DNA of 64,000 bases from Candidatus Vogelbacteria bacterium RIFOXYD1_FULL_46_19 (GTDB lineage: Bacteria; Patescibacteriota; Minisyncoccia; Phycocordibacterales; XYD1-FULL-46-19). The notes beneath the pieces were generated by a model that made no database searches, was not told where the DNA came from, and saw only the letters and a list, made by a program, of their open reading frames with translations. The stretch covers positions 57,051 to 121,050 of the forward strand of contig MHTK01000006.1 of the NCBI GenBank assembly GCA_001824825.1, given 5' to 3'. The translations under genes were made by a program, and so were the position numbers. Of the stretch, positions 10,123 through 20,477 are shown one piece after another (positions within the stretch are counted from its first letter, which is position 1; each line of letters begins with the position of its first letter).

Positions 10123-11451
10123 GTGAACGACGACCCTTCATTTCATAAAAAAAGTTTGAGAGAAATTTTACCAAAAGCCGGCGGTCGAGTAGCCCGACGG
10201 CAACCAACTTCTATGATGACCAGTAATACTAACGAAGAGATAGCTCCAGAAAATTCGTTTCCAGCGGATCGAGATCCGATTTTAGCCAAAAGGCGACGCC
10301 CGCGGATGCCCAAGTTTTTAGTCTGGGGAATTGGGCTAATTATTCTCATTATTGCCATTTTCGGTCTAAGTTCTTTCTTTTCGCAAGTAACTATTTTTGC
10401 TGTACCTAAACAAGCTCAAGTAAATATTAATGAGACCATTACCGCTTCTCTCTCCGCGGCAGAAAATGAGCTAGAATTTGGAACTTTCACCAAAACCCAG
10501 ACTGCCAGTGTAGCTGTGCCGGCTACCGGTAGTGAGCAAGTATCTCGTAAAGCCAGCGGCCAAATAACCATTTTCAATGATTTCAGCGATGAGCCTCAAC
10601 TCTTGATTGCTACCACCCGTTTTGAAACAGCCGACGCTAAAATTTACCGAATTAAGGACGCTGTCACCGTACCGGGACAAAAAATTGAAAATGGGCAAAC
10701 TGTGCCTGGTTCTATTACTACCACCGTGGTGGCCGACCAACCCGGTGAAAGCTATAATATTCCAGCGGCCACCTTTACGATTCCCGGTTTTGAAGGTTCT
10801 GCTCGCTACGACAAGTTTTCAGCCAAGTCCCAATCGGCCATGGCTGGCGGCTTTGTCGGTACTGTCCGCAGTGTGGCCGCCGCTGATCAAACTCGAGCCG
10901 AAACAGAATTGCGAACCAAACTTAATGTGGATAACCCGAATCCCGGCAACCTAGAAATTCCCAGCGGCCACATCTTATTTAACGATGCTTTATTTGCCAG
11001 CTTCGATTCAGTTGTGAAGCCTGAAACGACCGGCGAAGAAGTAGAAGTGGTTGGTACCTTAACATTTACCGGTATCTTGTTTGATAAGAATGAGCTGGCA
11101 GGCTATTTAGCCACCAAACACGTACCAGACTATAGTGGCGAGGCGGTAGAAATCACGAATGTAAAAAACCTAACCTTTACCCTGAAGGATAAAGCCGACA
11201 TCAATCCGGCAACGATTCAATCAATTGATTTTGACCTAGAGGGCTCCGCCCTCATGAGATGGCAAGTTGATGAAGAGGCTCTGAAGAGATCACTAGCCGG
11301 CTTTACTAAAAGCAACTTCCAACTGGCTATTGGAGATTTTCCTTCGATAGAAAGCGTTAAATTGAAGTTTATGCCCCCCTGGAATCGAACCATTCCGGAA
11401 GATACTGATAAGATAAAAGTGACCCTAATTGACAATCAAGTACAAGATTAG
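10123..11451 (+). CDS. Membrane-anchored protein with a baseplate J/gp47-like domain (CPR-type)
   Basis: TM segment then KASGQITIFN, TRF, VVADQPGESYNI, MAGG motifs. Confidence 0.6.
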   Translation: MNDDPSFHKKSLREILPKAGGRVARRQPTSMMTSNTNEEIAPENSFPADRDPILAKRRRPRMPKFLVWGIGLIILIIAIFGLSSFFSQVTIFAVPKQAQVNINETITASLSAAENELEFGTFTKTQTASVAVPATGSEQVSRKASGQITIFNDFSDEPQLLIATTRFETADAKIYRIKDAVTVPGQKIENGQTVPGSITTTVVADQPGESYNIPAATFTIPGFEGSARYDKFSAKSQSAMAGGFVGTVRSVAAADQTRAETELRTKLNVDNPNPGNLEIPSGHILFNDALFASFDSVVKPETTGEEVEVVGTLTFTGILFDKNELAGYLATKHVPDYSGEAVEITNVKNLTFTLKDKADINPATIQSIDFDLEGSALMRWQVDEEALKRSLAGFTKSNFQLAIGDFPSIESVKLKFMPPWNRTIPEDTDKIKVTLIDNQVQD

Positions 11452-11518
11452 CTTTTTCCCCTGGAAGAACTTGACTTAAAGTCTTATTATCTGCTAATAT
11501 ACATCGGGTACAATTATA

Positions 11519-11755
11519 ATGCATAGAAATAAAGAAAGTACCCCCCAAAACCGAGGGGATGACCAGGTGGTCCCCGGCATTGTCCTTGAAGCTTTACCTA
11601 ATACCCACTTTAAAGTACAGGTGGGGAATGAGGTGTTACTGGCTTATTTATCAGGGAAAATGCGTCTCCACCGTATTAGAGTGTTAGTAGGAGACAAGGT
11701 AGAAGTACTACTAGATTCTTATGGTGGTAAGGGACGAATCATCAAAAGAACCTAA
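11519..11755 (+). CDS. infA: Translation initiation factor IF-1
   Basis: EALPNTHFKV, AYLSGKMR, GDKVEV, GRII. Confidence 0.97.
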   Translation: MHRNKESTPQNRGDDQVVPGIVLEALPNTHFKVQVGNEVLLAYLSGKMRLHRIRVLVGDKVEVLLDSYGGKGRIIKRT

Positions 11756-11863
11756 GTCACCTACGATAGCAGTGGCCAGACTTAAGCTAAAATTTAAGTC
11801 GTAGAGTCCCGTTAATTTTTATTAAAGAATTTTTTCTAAGTCCTTAATCCAGCCGACAAAGCT

Positions 11864-11980
11864 ATGAAAGTGCGGTCCACAATCAAACCCCGCTGTCCTC
11901 AGTGTAAAATGGTTAAGCGCCGCGGTCACTTGTACATTATTTGCAAGAACAAGCCGAGACATAAACAAAAGCAGGCTTAA
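11864..11980 (+). CDS. rpmJ: 50S ribosomal protein L36 (not in ORF track)
   Basis: Manual translation MKVRSTIKPRCPQCKMVKRRGHLYIICKNKPRHKQKQA; lies between infA and rpsM. Confidence 0.97.
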   Translation: MKVRSTIKPRCPQCKMVKRRGHLYIICKNKPRHKQKQA

Positions 11981-11996
11981 CGACTATATATTTATT

Positions 11997-12377
11997 ATGT
12001 TACGAATCGCGGGTATTAATATTCCAGAAGACAAACGCTTAGAAATCGGCTTAACGGCCATATTTGGAGTGGGACGACCCCAAGCTCACCAAATTTTAAC
12101 CGAATCAAAAGTTGATTTTGGAAAAAAACCCAAGGATTTATCGGCCACCGAGGAAAACGCCATTCGCAAAGCGGTGGAAGAACGAAAAATTGAAGGGGAC
12201 TTAAAGCGCGAGATCAGCCAAAACATCAAACGATTGAAGGACATTAAAAGTTACAGTGGTAGTCGTCATAGTCTAGGTCTACCGGTTAGAGGCCAGCGTA
12301 CCAAGACCAATGCTCGCACCAGAAAAGGCCCAAAGAAAACCATGGGCTCGGGTAAGAAGAAGGTAGACAAGAAGTAA
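11997..12377 (+). CDS. rpsM: 30S ribosomal protein S13
   Basis: RIAGINIP, GLPVRGQRTKTNARTRKG. Confidence 0.98.
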   Translation: MLRIAGINIPEDKRLEIGLTAIFGVGRPQAHQILTESKVDFGKKPKDLSATEENAIRKAVEERKIEGDLKREISQNIKRLKDIKSYSGSRHSLGLPVRGQRTKTNARTRKGPKKTMGSGKKKVDKK

Positions 12378-12410
12378 TAAATTTTTAAGGAACTATGTGA
12401 TTATAAAAAT

Positions 12411-12521
12411 CTCTACCCCGCTCTGCTCCGTTTCTGCCAGTAGGTAGACCCTTTAAAAGGTAAAAGCCAATACTAGTCAGGAGAGCGATAGGCGTCGGCA
12501 ACGGAGCAGAGCGGGGTAGGG
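12411..12521. repeat. 22-bp GC-rich inverted repeat enclosing ~67 nt
   Basis: CTCTACCCCGCTCTGCTCCGTT ... AACGGAGCAGAGCGGGGTAGGG in the rpsM-rpsK spacer. Confidence 0.8.
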
Positions 12522-12554
12522 TAAACATTTTCATCGCATACATTATTTTCAATC

Positions 12555-12989
12555 ATGGGAAAAAAACGCATAATTAAGAAATCAGGACACGAAGTGGGAG
12601 CTGGGGCTAAAGCTCGAGCCCTTGGACGTGCTCCGAAGAAAAAAATTGACCGTGGCATTCTTCATGTCCGAGCTACTTACAATAATACCGCCTTACTCCT
12701 AACTGATAGTGCCGGTAATGCTGTTTTGTCATCTTCCAGTGGAGCCTTAGGGTTTAAAGGGTCAAAAAAGGGTACGCCCTATGCCGCTGGTAAAGTGGCC
12801 GAACTTTTAGCAGAAAAAGCTCAGAGTTTTGGCTTAAAAGAAGTGGATGTGATCGTTAAAGGGGTGGGTTCCGGTCGCGAATCATCGGTTCGATCCTTTA
12901 TTACCAAAGGTATTAATATTTCATCAATCAGAGACAAAACCCCGGTTCCCTTTGGTGGTCCAAAACCGAAGAAACCTCGTCGCGTTTAA
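12555..12989 (+). CDS. rpsK: 30S ribosomal protein S11
   Basis: ATYNNT, GFKGSKKGTPYAA, GRES, TPVPFGG. Confidence 0.98.
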   Translation: MGKKRIIKKSGHEVGAGAKARALGRAPKKKIDRGILHVRATYNNTALLLTDSAGNAVLSSSSGALGFKGSKKGTPYAAGKVAELLAEKAQSFGLKEVDVIVKGVGSGRESSVRSFITKGINISSIRDKTPVPFGGPKPKKPRRV

Positions 12990-13011
12990 GCACTTAATTA
13001 ATTTTTTTATT

Positions 13012-13632
13012 ATGGGTATTCGTATTGGTCCAAAATACAAGATCGCTAGACGTCTACAGGAAAAAATCTTTCCGAAGACTCAGACTACCAAATTTGCCAT
13101 TGCCGGCAGCGAAACCAGAAAACCTGGCGGTAATAGACGACGCAATATTAGTGAATACGGTCGACAATTGATGGAGAAGCAAAAGGCAAAATATACCTAC
13201 GGGGTGGCTGAACGACAGTTTCTTGGCTATATCAAAAAAGTACGAGCTATGAAAAACGTCAACGTCTCGGAAGAAATATTTAAGCTTCTAGAAACACGTT
13301 TAGATAATGTAGTTTTTCGATTAGGCTTAGTACACTCGCGAATGTTTGCCAGGCAGGTGGTATCACATGGACACATTTTAGTCAATGGTAAACGAGTGAC
13401 TGTTCCATCCTACACCGTTAGACCGGGGGATAAGATTACTGTCCGACCACAGAGTCAAACCAAAGGAATGTTTACGTCTTTAGCAGAAAGGTTGAAAGGT
13501 TATAGCACCCCGACTTGGTTAGTTTTTGACGAAGACAAAATGACCGGTGAAGTGAAAACCGCTCCGACTTATGGCGAAACCGAATCTAATCTCAATTTTG
13601 CCTTGATTTTAGAATATTATAGTCGAGTCTAA
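13012..13632 (+). CDS. rpsD: 30S ribosomal protein S4 (start moved to ATG 13012)
   Basis: SEYGRQLMEKQK, LETRLDNVVFRLG, ARQVVSHGHI, EYYSR. Confidence 0.97.
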   Translation: MGIRIGPKYKIARRLQEKIFPKTQTTKFAIAGSETRKPGGNRRRNISEYGRQLMEKQKAKYTYGVAERQFLGYIKKVRAMKNVNVSEEIFKLLETRLDNVVFRLGLVHSRMFARQVVSHGHILVNGKRVTVPSYTVRPGDKITVRPQSQTKGMFTSLAERLKGYSTPTWLVFDEDKMTGEVKTAPTYGETESNLNFALILEYYSRV

Positions 13633-13661
13633 TAATTAATTATTAACCCTAGCCGCTTCAT

Positions 13662-14654
13662 ATGCCTGATTTTAATATAATTTTACCTTCGAAACCGATG
13701 GTGGTCCGTGAGGAGGACAATACCGGAGTTTACGAGATCGAGGGGCTGTACCCTGGGTATGGTCACACTCTAGGCAATTCGCTACGACGAATAATTTTGT
13801 CGTCTCTTCCCGGTTACGCCATTACCGCCGTTAAAATTGACGGAGTCAACCATGAGTTCTCCACTATTAGTGGAGTTAAAGAAGATGTCATTAACATTAT
13901 CTTAAACCTAAAAAAGATTCGTTTTAAGGTGGTAAGCGATGAAGCGAAAACTGTGAACTTAAATATCACCGGCGTTAAAGACATCACCGCCGGCGATATT
14001 GATACCGGTGGCGATATTGAAGTAGTAACCCCAAATCAACCTATTGCCTCCATTACTAACAAGGGTACGACCCTTAAAATGGAGATCACCCTGGAAAAAG
14101 GCCTGGGTTACGTACCAAAAGAAGTTCTTCAAAAAGATAAGGTAGACGTAGGCGTAATTGCCCTCGATGCTATATTTACCCCGATTCGGCGCGTAAGCTA
14201 TGAGGTGGATCAAATGCGCGTAGGTAATCGCACTGACTACAACCGACTACGTATCACCATCGAAACTAATGGTGATATCACGCCTCGAGAAGCGATCGAG
14301 CAATCCATAGCTATTATGATCAATCAGCTAAAAGCCATTGTGGGCTTTAAGGAAGAAGCTGAAAATTTTACGTCTTCAGCCACCACCGACCAAGAAGATA
14401 GAGCCCAAGCGGAAAAGGAAATGGCTGGAGTTGGTACTGAAGAACCGGAGGAGGAAGATATTTTAAAAACTCGGGTAGAGGACCTAAACCTATCCGCTCG
14501 GACCCAAAAGTCCCTGGCCGGAGCCGGTATCCGAACTGTCGGAGGCTTGATCCGCAAGAAAGAAAATGATTTACTTAGCGTCGATGGTCTGGGTGAGAAG
14601 GGGTTACAAGAGATCAAGCGAGCCTTAAGTAATTTTGGTATTATTCTTAAATAA
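13662..14654 (+). CDS. rpoA: RNA polymerase alpha subunit
   Basis: GYGHTLGNSLRRIILSS, HEFSTISGVKED, alpha-CTD. Confidence 0.98.
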   Translation: MPDFNIILPSKPMVVREEDNTGVYEIEGLYPGYGHTLGNSLRRIILSSLPGYAITAVKIDGVNHEFSTISGVKEDVINIILNLKKIRFKVVSDEAKTVNLNITGVKDITAGDIDTGGDIEVVTPNQPIASITNKGTTLKMEITLEKGLGYVPKEVLQKDKVDVGVIALDAIFTPIRRVSYEVDQMRVGNRTDYNRLRITIETNGDITPREAIEQSIAIMINQLKAIVGFKEEAENFTSSATTDQEDRAQAEKEMAGVGTEEPEEEDILKTRVEDLNLSARTQKSLAGAGIRTVGGLIRKKENDLLSVDGLGEKGLQEIKRALSNFGIILK

Positions 14655-14657
14655 ATA

Positions 14658-15008
14658 ATGAAACATCACGGTCAAACAAGTAAACTGGGACGAGAGACAG
14701 GCGTACGCCTAGCTCTTTTGCGGTCCCTGGCTAACAATTTGATCACTTACGGCCGGATTGAAACTACCGAAGCTAAGGCTAAGGCTTTGCGACCGTTTAT
14801 CGAGCGAGTAGTTACTATAGCTAAAACCGATAGCCTAGCTGCCAAGCGACTGGTCTTTAAGCGGCTGGGTAGTGGAGCCAAAGCTAATAAGTTGTTTAAA
14901 GAAATCGCTCCCCGCTATACCGATCGACCAGGTGGCTACACTAGAATTATTAAAAAAGCCCCTCGTTTGGGCGACGGTAGTCGCCAGGCCTTTATTGAAT
15001 TTGTTTAA
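14658..15008 (+). CDS. rplQ: 50S ribosomal protein L17
   Basis: IETTEAKAK, RPGGYTRIIK. Confidence 0.98.
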   Translation: MKHHGQTSKLGRETGVRLALLRSLANNLITYGRIETTEAKAKALRPFIERVVTIAKTDSLAAKRLVFKRLGSGAKANKLFKEIAPRYTDRPGGYTRIIKKAPRLGDGSRQAFIEFV

Positions 15009-15027
15009 TCAGCCAGACTACTTTTTT

Positions 15028-15372
15028 ATGGAACACATTATTGACGCCAGTGGACAATCTTTAGGACGATTAGCTAGCCAAGTGGCTGTTTTGTTGCGTG
15101 GCAAGGATCAAGCTGTTTTCTTGAACCACACCCGCCCAACAGCTAAAGTTAAGGTCACTAATGTGAGCCAAATTTTAATCACCGGCAACAAACGAGATGG
15201 CAAAGTCTACACCAGACACAGTGGTCAGCCGGGCGGTTTAAAAACAGAAACTTTAAGCGAAGTTATCAACAAAAAGGGGATGGCCGAAGCTTTAAAACGA
15301 GCTATTTATGGAATGTTGCCAGCCAACAAGCTTCGATCCGTAATGATGAATAATTTGACTATTTCCGAATAA
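15028..15372 (+). CDS. rplM: 50S ribosomal protein L13 (start moved to ATG 15028)
   Basis: IDASGQSLGRLASQVA, HSGQPGG, AIYGMLP. Confidence 0.96.
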   Translation: MEHIIDASGQSLGRLASQVAVLLRGKDQAVFLNHTRPTAKVKVTNVSQILITGNKRDGKVYTRHSGQPGGLKTETLSEVINKKGMAEALKRAIYGMLPANKLRSVMMNNLTISE

Positions 15373-15376
15373 ACAT

Positions 15377-15787
15377 ATGACAGCTGAAACTAAAAACAAA
15401 AATCCATACACCGAAGCGGTCGGACGTCGTAAAACCTCCGTCGCTCGAGTGAGAGTAACTCCAGCTACTAAAACTTCTTTCACTATTAACAAACGATCTC
15501 TGGAAGATTATTTCCCAGTTAAAGAACTACGTGATATTGTAAAAAAGCCATTAGAAAACGCGGCCGCGGATCATTTTGAAATTAGCGTAGTAGCGAAAGG
15601 TGGCGGTATCCACTCCCAGGCAGAAAGCGTAGCTTTAGGTCTGGCACGGGTGCTGATTGCTATCAATCCGGAGCACCGTTTACCACTTAAGCGAGCCGGT
15701 AGCCTGACGCGTGACCCTCGAGCTAAGGAACGTCGTAAATTTGGTTTGAAAAAAGCCCGCAAAGCTCCTCAGTGGTCTAAGCGCTAG
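15377..15787 (+). CDS. rpsI: 30S ribosomal protein S9
   Basis: GRRKTSVARV, ERRKFGLKKARKAPQWSKR. Confidence 0.98.
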   Translation: MTAETKNKNPYTEAVGRRKTSVARVRVTPATKTSFTINKRSLEDYFPVKELRDIVKKPLENAAADHFEISVVAKGGGIHSQAESVALGLARVLIAINPEHRLPLKRAGSLTRDPRAKERRKFGLKKARKAPQWSKR

Positions 15788-15890
15788 GGCCACCAAATCT
15801 CTTCTTTCTGTCTGATACCTCAAAGATCCTTGATTCTTGATATGGATTTTGGTGGACTAAACGGTTTAAATTTACAACCAAAAGGACTTC

Positions 15891-15919
15891 TTGACGCTCA
15901 TTACAAATAAACGTAAGAT
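15891..15919 (+). promoter_or_regulatory. Sigma70-type promoter
   Basis: TTGACG-17-TAAGAT, 8 nt before ATG 15928. Confidence 0.55.
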
Positions 15920-15927
15920 AGTAAAAT

Positions 15928-16590
15928 ATGAATAATCACAACAACTATCCCTCTCGCCCCTCGGAGGTAAATCAGGGCCAAAACCGAAGTATTAATAATA
16001 ACGAAAGTAACAATAAAGACTGGACAACTATAGTCACCACGGCTGTCATTGGTATTATTATCGGCTTTGCCCTTGGCTATTTTGTGTTTGCCAACCAAAC
16101 TCTGGCCCCGATTAGTGAACTGGTAAATACTGAAGTCACTGACAGTGAAGAAACAAGCCCTGAGGAGACGGTAGACCTCGAGGCAGGTAGCTCGGCCACC
16201 CTGCCTAAAATTCCAACTCCAACTGGAACCATGTCTGTGAAGGTAGAAAATCAACTACCCGGCCAACGAGTAGTCCTAGAGACACTGAGCCTGTCCGAAC
16301 CAGCTTGGGTGGTAACCTTTACTAGTACGGAAGATAACAGTCGTCCTTTGCGTATTATTGGAGCTCAATATTTTGAGGCTGGAACCTACACCGGCGTGAG
16401 TGCTTATATTGGCGAAGGTATTACAGCTGGCGACACCTATTTCGTCGCTTTGTATAAAGACGACGGAGTCACTTCCGGCAGTACCCCTGGTGGCCATGTC
16501 TTTAACCATGTGACCGATCGACCTTATGTTGTCGATGGCAACTGGATTATGGATTCCTTTACCGCTCTATCCGCTGGCGCTCGCGGTTAG
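15928..16590 (+). CDS. Single-TM protein with an extracytoplasmic beta-rich domain
   Basis: TM segment IVTTAVIGIIIGFALGYFVF; VENQLPG..WVV..LYKDDG pattern. Confidence 0.65.
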   Translation: MNNHNNYPSRPSEVNQGQNRSINNNESNNKDWTTIVTTAVIGIIIGFALGYFVFANQTLAPISELVNTEVTDSEETSPEETVDLEAGSSATLPKIPTPTGTMSVKVENQLPGQRVVLETLSLSEPAWVVTFTSTEDNSRPLRIIGAQYFEAGTYTGVSAYIGEGITAGDTYFVALYKDDGVTSGSTPGGHVFNHVTDRPYVVDGNWIMDSFTALSAGARG

Positions 16591-16665
16591 AAAACTCTAA
16601 ATTATCGCTTGGAATTGTAGCTATAGTTTAAAACTATAATTGTAAGCTTTACAATTTTTTTGCCT

Positions 16666-17259
16666 ATGAAAAAACCAGACCACCAGCCTAAAAACGAAGA
16701 CATCGAAGTGGATGAAGATTTTGTCTTTGAAGCTGATCTGGATGTCGGCTCTAACAAGGGAACCGATAGCGAAACAAAAGTCCAAGAGCTTAAACAGAAA
16801 TTGAAAGATTGCCAAGCTGTCAAACAAGAATACTTGGATGGCTGGCAAAGATCCCAGGCTGATTACATCAACTTAAAACAAGAAGGCGACCGACAAAGGG
16901 TTAAACAAAGAGAGTTAGGTAAGGCTAGTTTACTAGAAGATCTAATACCGCTCGCCGATAGTTTTGAGCTCGCGATGGGCAACGAAGCTGCCTGGCAAGC
17001 CGTATCAACCAACTGGCGCCTCGGCGTTGAATACATTTACCGGGAATTACAGTCAATCTTGAGTAAAAACGGAGTGAGTGAGATATTCCCCTTAAATCAG
17101 CGTTTCAACCCCGAGGAGCACGAATCAATAGCTACTGTGGAAGTCGACGAGTGCACGGCCGATGGTTTAGTCATAGCCGTAGTCAAGAAAGGCTATAAGT
17201 TAGGCTCTACCATCCTCCGACCGGCCCAGGTGAAAGTTGGAGTCTATCGACAAAAATAA
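16666..17259 (+). CDS. grpE: Nucleotide exchange factor GrpE
   Basis: WQRSQADYIN, FNPEEHE, KGYKL..LRPAQVKV; upstream of dnaK. Confidence 0.95.
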   Translation: MKKPDHQPKNEDIEVDEDFVFEADLDVGSNKGTDSETKVQELKQKLKDCQAVKQEYLDGWQRSQADYINLKQEGDRQRVKQRELGKASLLEDLIPLADSFELAMGNEAAWQAVSTNWRLGVEYIYRELQSILSKNGVSEIFPLNQRFNPEEHESIATVEVDECTADGLVIAVVKKGYKLGSTILRPAQVKVGVYRQK

Positions 17260-17317
17260 GTGTCTAGGTGTATCATCAACACATCATTAAACATTTTAAA
17301 ATTTTATAATAAACGCT

Positions 17318-19234
17318 ATGGCAAAAATACTTGGAATTGACTTGGGTACCACCAACTCCGCAATGGCGTATGTGGAAGGTGGGCAACCAAAAATTATTGA
17401 AAACAGTGAAGGAGGCCGCACCACCGCCTCTATTATTGCCGTTTCTAAAGCTGGCGAACGCCTAGTGGGCCTCCTGGCCAAACGCCAAGCTATTACCAAC
17501 CCTCAAAACACTATTTATGGGGTTAAGCGCTTGATGGGACATAAGTTTGAGGACCCCCATGTTCAAAAAGACAAGGACTTAGTGTCTTACAAAATCGAAA
17601 AATCTGATGCTGACGGGGTGTTGGTCACCATGGGTGATAAAAAGTATCGCCCGGAAGAGATTTCGGCGATGATTTTGTCAAAGTTAAAACGTGATGCCGA
17701 AGCTCAACTAGGTGAAAAAATTGAAGAAGCCGTCATTACCGTCCCGGCTTACTTCGACGACTCCCAACGCAAGGCCACTAAAGACGCCGGTGAAATTGCC
17801 GGCTTTAAAGTTCGTCGCATTATTAATGAACCAACCGCAGCCGCCCTGGCTTACGGCTTGAACAAAAAGAAAAATGAACAAGTGGTCGTTTACGACTTCG
17901 GTGGTGGTACCTTTGACGTTTCCGTTTTAGATATTTCCGGTGAAGACGGTGAACAAAGTATTGAAGTAAAATCAACCGATGGGGACTCACATATGGGCGG
18001 GGAGGATATTGACCAGGAAATTATCCAGTGGCTCTTAGCTGAATTTAAAAAAGAGACCGGCTTAGATATTTCCAAAGACCAACTAGCCCTGCAGCGCCTT
18101 AAAGAAGCCGCTGAAAAGGCGAAGCATGAATTATCAGTAGCAGTAGAATCGGAAATTAATATTCCATTTATTACTTCAGACTCCAGTGGCCCTCAGCATA
18201 TGGTCAAGAAAATGACCAGAGCTAAACTGGAAGAATTGGCCGACTCTTATGTGTCTCGCTCGATTGATATTACGAGGCGCGCCGTCGAAGCTTCCGGCCA
18301 CCAGCTCGCTGACATTGATGAAATTATTTTGGTTGGCGGTCAAACCAGGATGCCCGGCATTCAAGAAGCAGTTAAGAAACTATTTGGCAAAGAACCCAAC
18401 CGGTCTATTAACCCAGATGAAGTAGTGGCTATTGGAGCGGCCGTTCAGGCGGGAATTTTCCAAGGCGATGTTAAAGATATTCTACTCTTAGACGTTACCC
18501 CTTTGTCTTTAGGAATCGAAACCTTGGGTGGGGTGGCGACCAAACTGATTGAAAGAAATACCACTATCCCGACATCTAAAAGCCAAGTCTTTTCCACCGC
18601 GGCTGATAATCAAACCTCGGTGGAAGTCCATGTGGTGCAAGGCGAGCGAGAAATGGCAACTGACAATAAAAGCTTGGGACGCTTTATCTTAGACGGCATT
18701 CCACCGTCACCGCGCGGACTACCGCAAGTGGAAGTGTCTTTCGACATCGACGCTAACGGCATTTTGTCAGTTAAGGCTAAAGATAAAACTTCCGGCAAAG
18801 AACAGTCTATTCGCATTGAAGCCCAGTCCTCGTTATCCAAAGAAGACATTGAAAAAATGAAAGCTGAAGCGGAAGCTCACGCGGAAGAGGATAAGAAAAA
18901 ACGAGAACTAGTAGATGTCCGTAACACGGCCGACCAGCTGGTTTACACCACCGGTAAAGCTTTAACTGATGCTGGTGACAAAGTTCCGGCTGAGGTTAAG
19001 ACCACCGTGGAAGAAAAAATCAAGGCTTTACAAGGGGTAAAAGACCAGGACGATCTAGAGGCCATCAAAACCGCCACCAGCGCCTTATCCACCGAAATGA
19101 CTAAAATCGGCGAAGCTATGAGTAAAGCCACACCTGAATCACAAGCTGAAGTTAAACCGGAAAACGGCACCCCAGAGGGAAACGTGCGTGAGGCGGAGGA
19201 GGAAAAAGGGGAAGGTAGTAAGGAAGACAAGTAA
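17318..19234 (+). CDS. dnaK: Chaperone DnaK
   Basis: [33 protein letters not shown]. Confidence 0.99.
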   Translation: MAKILGIDLGTTNSAMAYVEGGQPKIIENSEGGRTTASIIAVSKAGERLVGLLAKRQAITNPQNTIYGVKRLMGHKFEDPHVQKDKDLVSYKIEKSDADGVLVTMGDKKYRPEEISAMILSKLKRDAEAQLGEKIEEAVITVPAYFDDSQRKATKDAGEIAGFKVRRIINEPTAAALAYGLNKKKNEQVVVYDFGGGTFDVSVLDISGEDGEQSIEVKSTDGDSHMGGEDIDQEIIQWLLAEFKKETGLDISKDQLALQRLKEAAEKAKHELSVAVESEINIPFITSDSSGPQHMVKKMTRAKLEELADSYVSRSIDITRRAVEASGHQLADIDEIILVGGQTRMPGIQEAVKKLFGKEPNRSINPDEVVAIGAAVQAGIFQGDVKDILLLDVTPLSLGIETLGGVATKLIERNTTIPTSKSQVFSTAADNQTSVEVHVVQGEREMATDNKSLGRFILDGIPPSPRGLPQVEVSFDIDANGILSVKAKDKTSGKEQSIRIEAQSSLSKEDIEKMKAEAEAHAEEDKKKRELVDVRNTADQLVYTTGKALTDAGDKVPAEVKTTVEEKIKALQGVKDQDDLEAIKTATSALSTEMTKIGEAMSKATPESQAEVKPENGTPEGNVREAEEEKGEGSKEDK

Positions 19235-19322
19235 TTGTATGACCCCACCCTTTGTTTCAATTAGAAACCAAGGACGGGGTGTAATAAATTATAGTCGCCC
19301 GCTGTCTCCTTAATTTAAAAAT

Positions 19323-20396
19323 ATGTCCAAAGACTACTACAACATTCTAGGGGTTGATAAAAAAGCTTCGACAGAAGATATCAAGCGGCAGTTTCGTAAA
19401 CTAGCCCACAAATATCACCCCGACAAATCCGGGGGGGACGAAGCCAAATTCAAAGAAATTAACGAAGCCTACCAAGTGTTATCCGACGACAAAAAACGCT
19501 CGGAATACGATATGTACGGCAATGTCTTTTCCGGCGGCCAACGTCCCGGGGGTGGCTTTGGTGGTTTCGGCAACGAGGGTTTTGACTTTTCCGGCGCCGG
19601 TGGGGGGCAGGGCTTTGAGTTTGACCTAGGTGATATTTTTGGTGACATTTTCGGTAGTGGCGGACGCACTAAACGGGGTCGCGATATTTCAGTGGATATT
19701 GAAATCAGTTTTGAAGAATCTATTTTTGGCACCGATCGCAAACTCCTGATCAATAAAGTTGGGGCTTGCGATACTTGCCAGGGCAAAGGCGCCGAGCCGG
19801 GTTCTAAACTTAAAACTTGTACCGTTTGTAACGGCAAGGGGAAAATTAGAGAAACCCGTCGCTCTTTCATCGGCTCAGTGGTGGTAAATTCCGTCTGCCA
19901 TACCTGCCACGGCAAGGGTGAGATCCCCGAAAAAGCCTGTACCACTTGTAGTGGCTTGGGTGTACTGAAGAAAAACGAAGAAATCAAAATTAAAGTTCCA
20001 CCCGGTATTGAGTCGGGCGAAATGATTCGTTTTTCTGGTAAGGGTGAAGCTATTCCAGATGGCCAGGCCGGTGACCTTTATGTGAAAATCCGCGTGGAGC
20101 CTCATAAGTTTTGGAAACGAGACGGTAGCGACCTGAAGATGGATCTAAATATTAAATTAACTGATGCTCTACTTGGTTCCAGCTACACGATTAAGACTTT
20201 AGAGGGGGATGATCTCAAGCTAAAAATCCCGGCGGGAATTTCTTTTGGGGAGGTCTTGCGGGTTAAAGACAAAGGGGTACCGATTGATAGTAAACGCCGG
20301 GGCCATCTCCTGATTCGCATCATCATCAACACCCCGCAAAAACTCAATAAAAAAGCCCAAAAACTGGTGGAAGAACTACGCGAAGAGGGGGTTTAG
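19323..20396 (+). CDS. dnaJ: Chaperone DnaJ
   Basis: J domain with HPD, G/F region, four CxxCxGxG repeats. Confidence 0.98.
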   Translation: MSKDYYNILGVDKKASTEDIKRQFRKLAHKYHPDKSGGDEAKFKEINEAYQVLSDDKKRSEYDMYGNVFSGGQRPGGGFGGFGNEGFDFSGAGGGQGFEFDLGDIFGDIFGSGGRTKRGRDISVDIEISFEESIFGTDRKLLINKVGACDTCQGKGAEPGSKLKTCTVCNGKGKIRETRRSFIGSVVVNSVCHTCHGKGEIPEKACTTCSGLGVLKKNEEIKIKVPPGIESGEMIRFSGKGEAIPDGQAGDLYVKIRVEPHKFWKRDGSDLKMDLNIKLTDALLGSSYTIKTLEGDDLKLKIPAGISFGEVLRVKDKGVPIDSKRRGHLLIRIIINTPQKLNKKAQKLVEELREEGV

Positions 20397-20477
20397 AGGT
20401 ACCCTTTACAATTCTTCTACTTTATGCTATTATATTAGATAGTTGCCCCAGTTTTAGGAAAACGAAAGGAGGTCTTT

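Noticed and set aside
3867-11451. Prophage suggested by fibre-like and baseplate-like proteins
   Set aside because: Both have signal or TM anchors and sit among housekeeping genes; no capsid, terminase, portal or integrase is present.
12411-12521. SRP (4.5S) RNA or 6S RNA
   Set aside because: The SRP helix-8 motif (CAGG..GNRA..AGCA) is absent, and the element is too short for 6S and lacks its central-bubble architecture.
16590-17317. CIRCE operator / hrcA before grpE-dnaK
   Set aside because: No TTAGCACTC-N9-GAGTGCTAA and no hrcA gene were seen.
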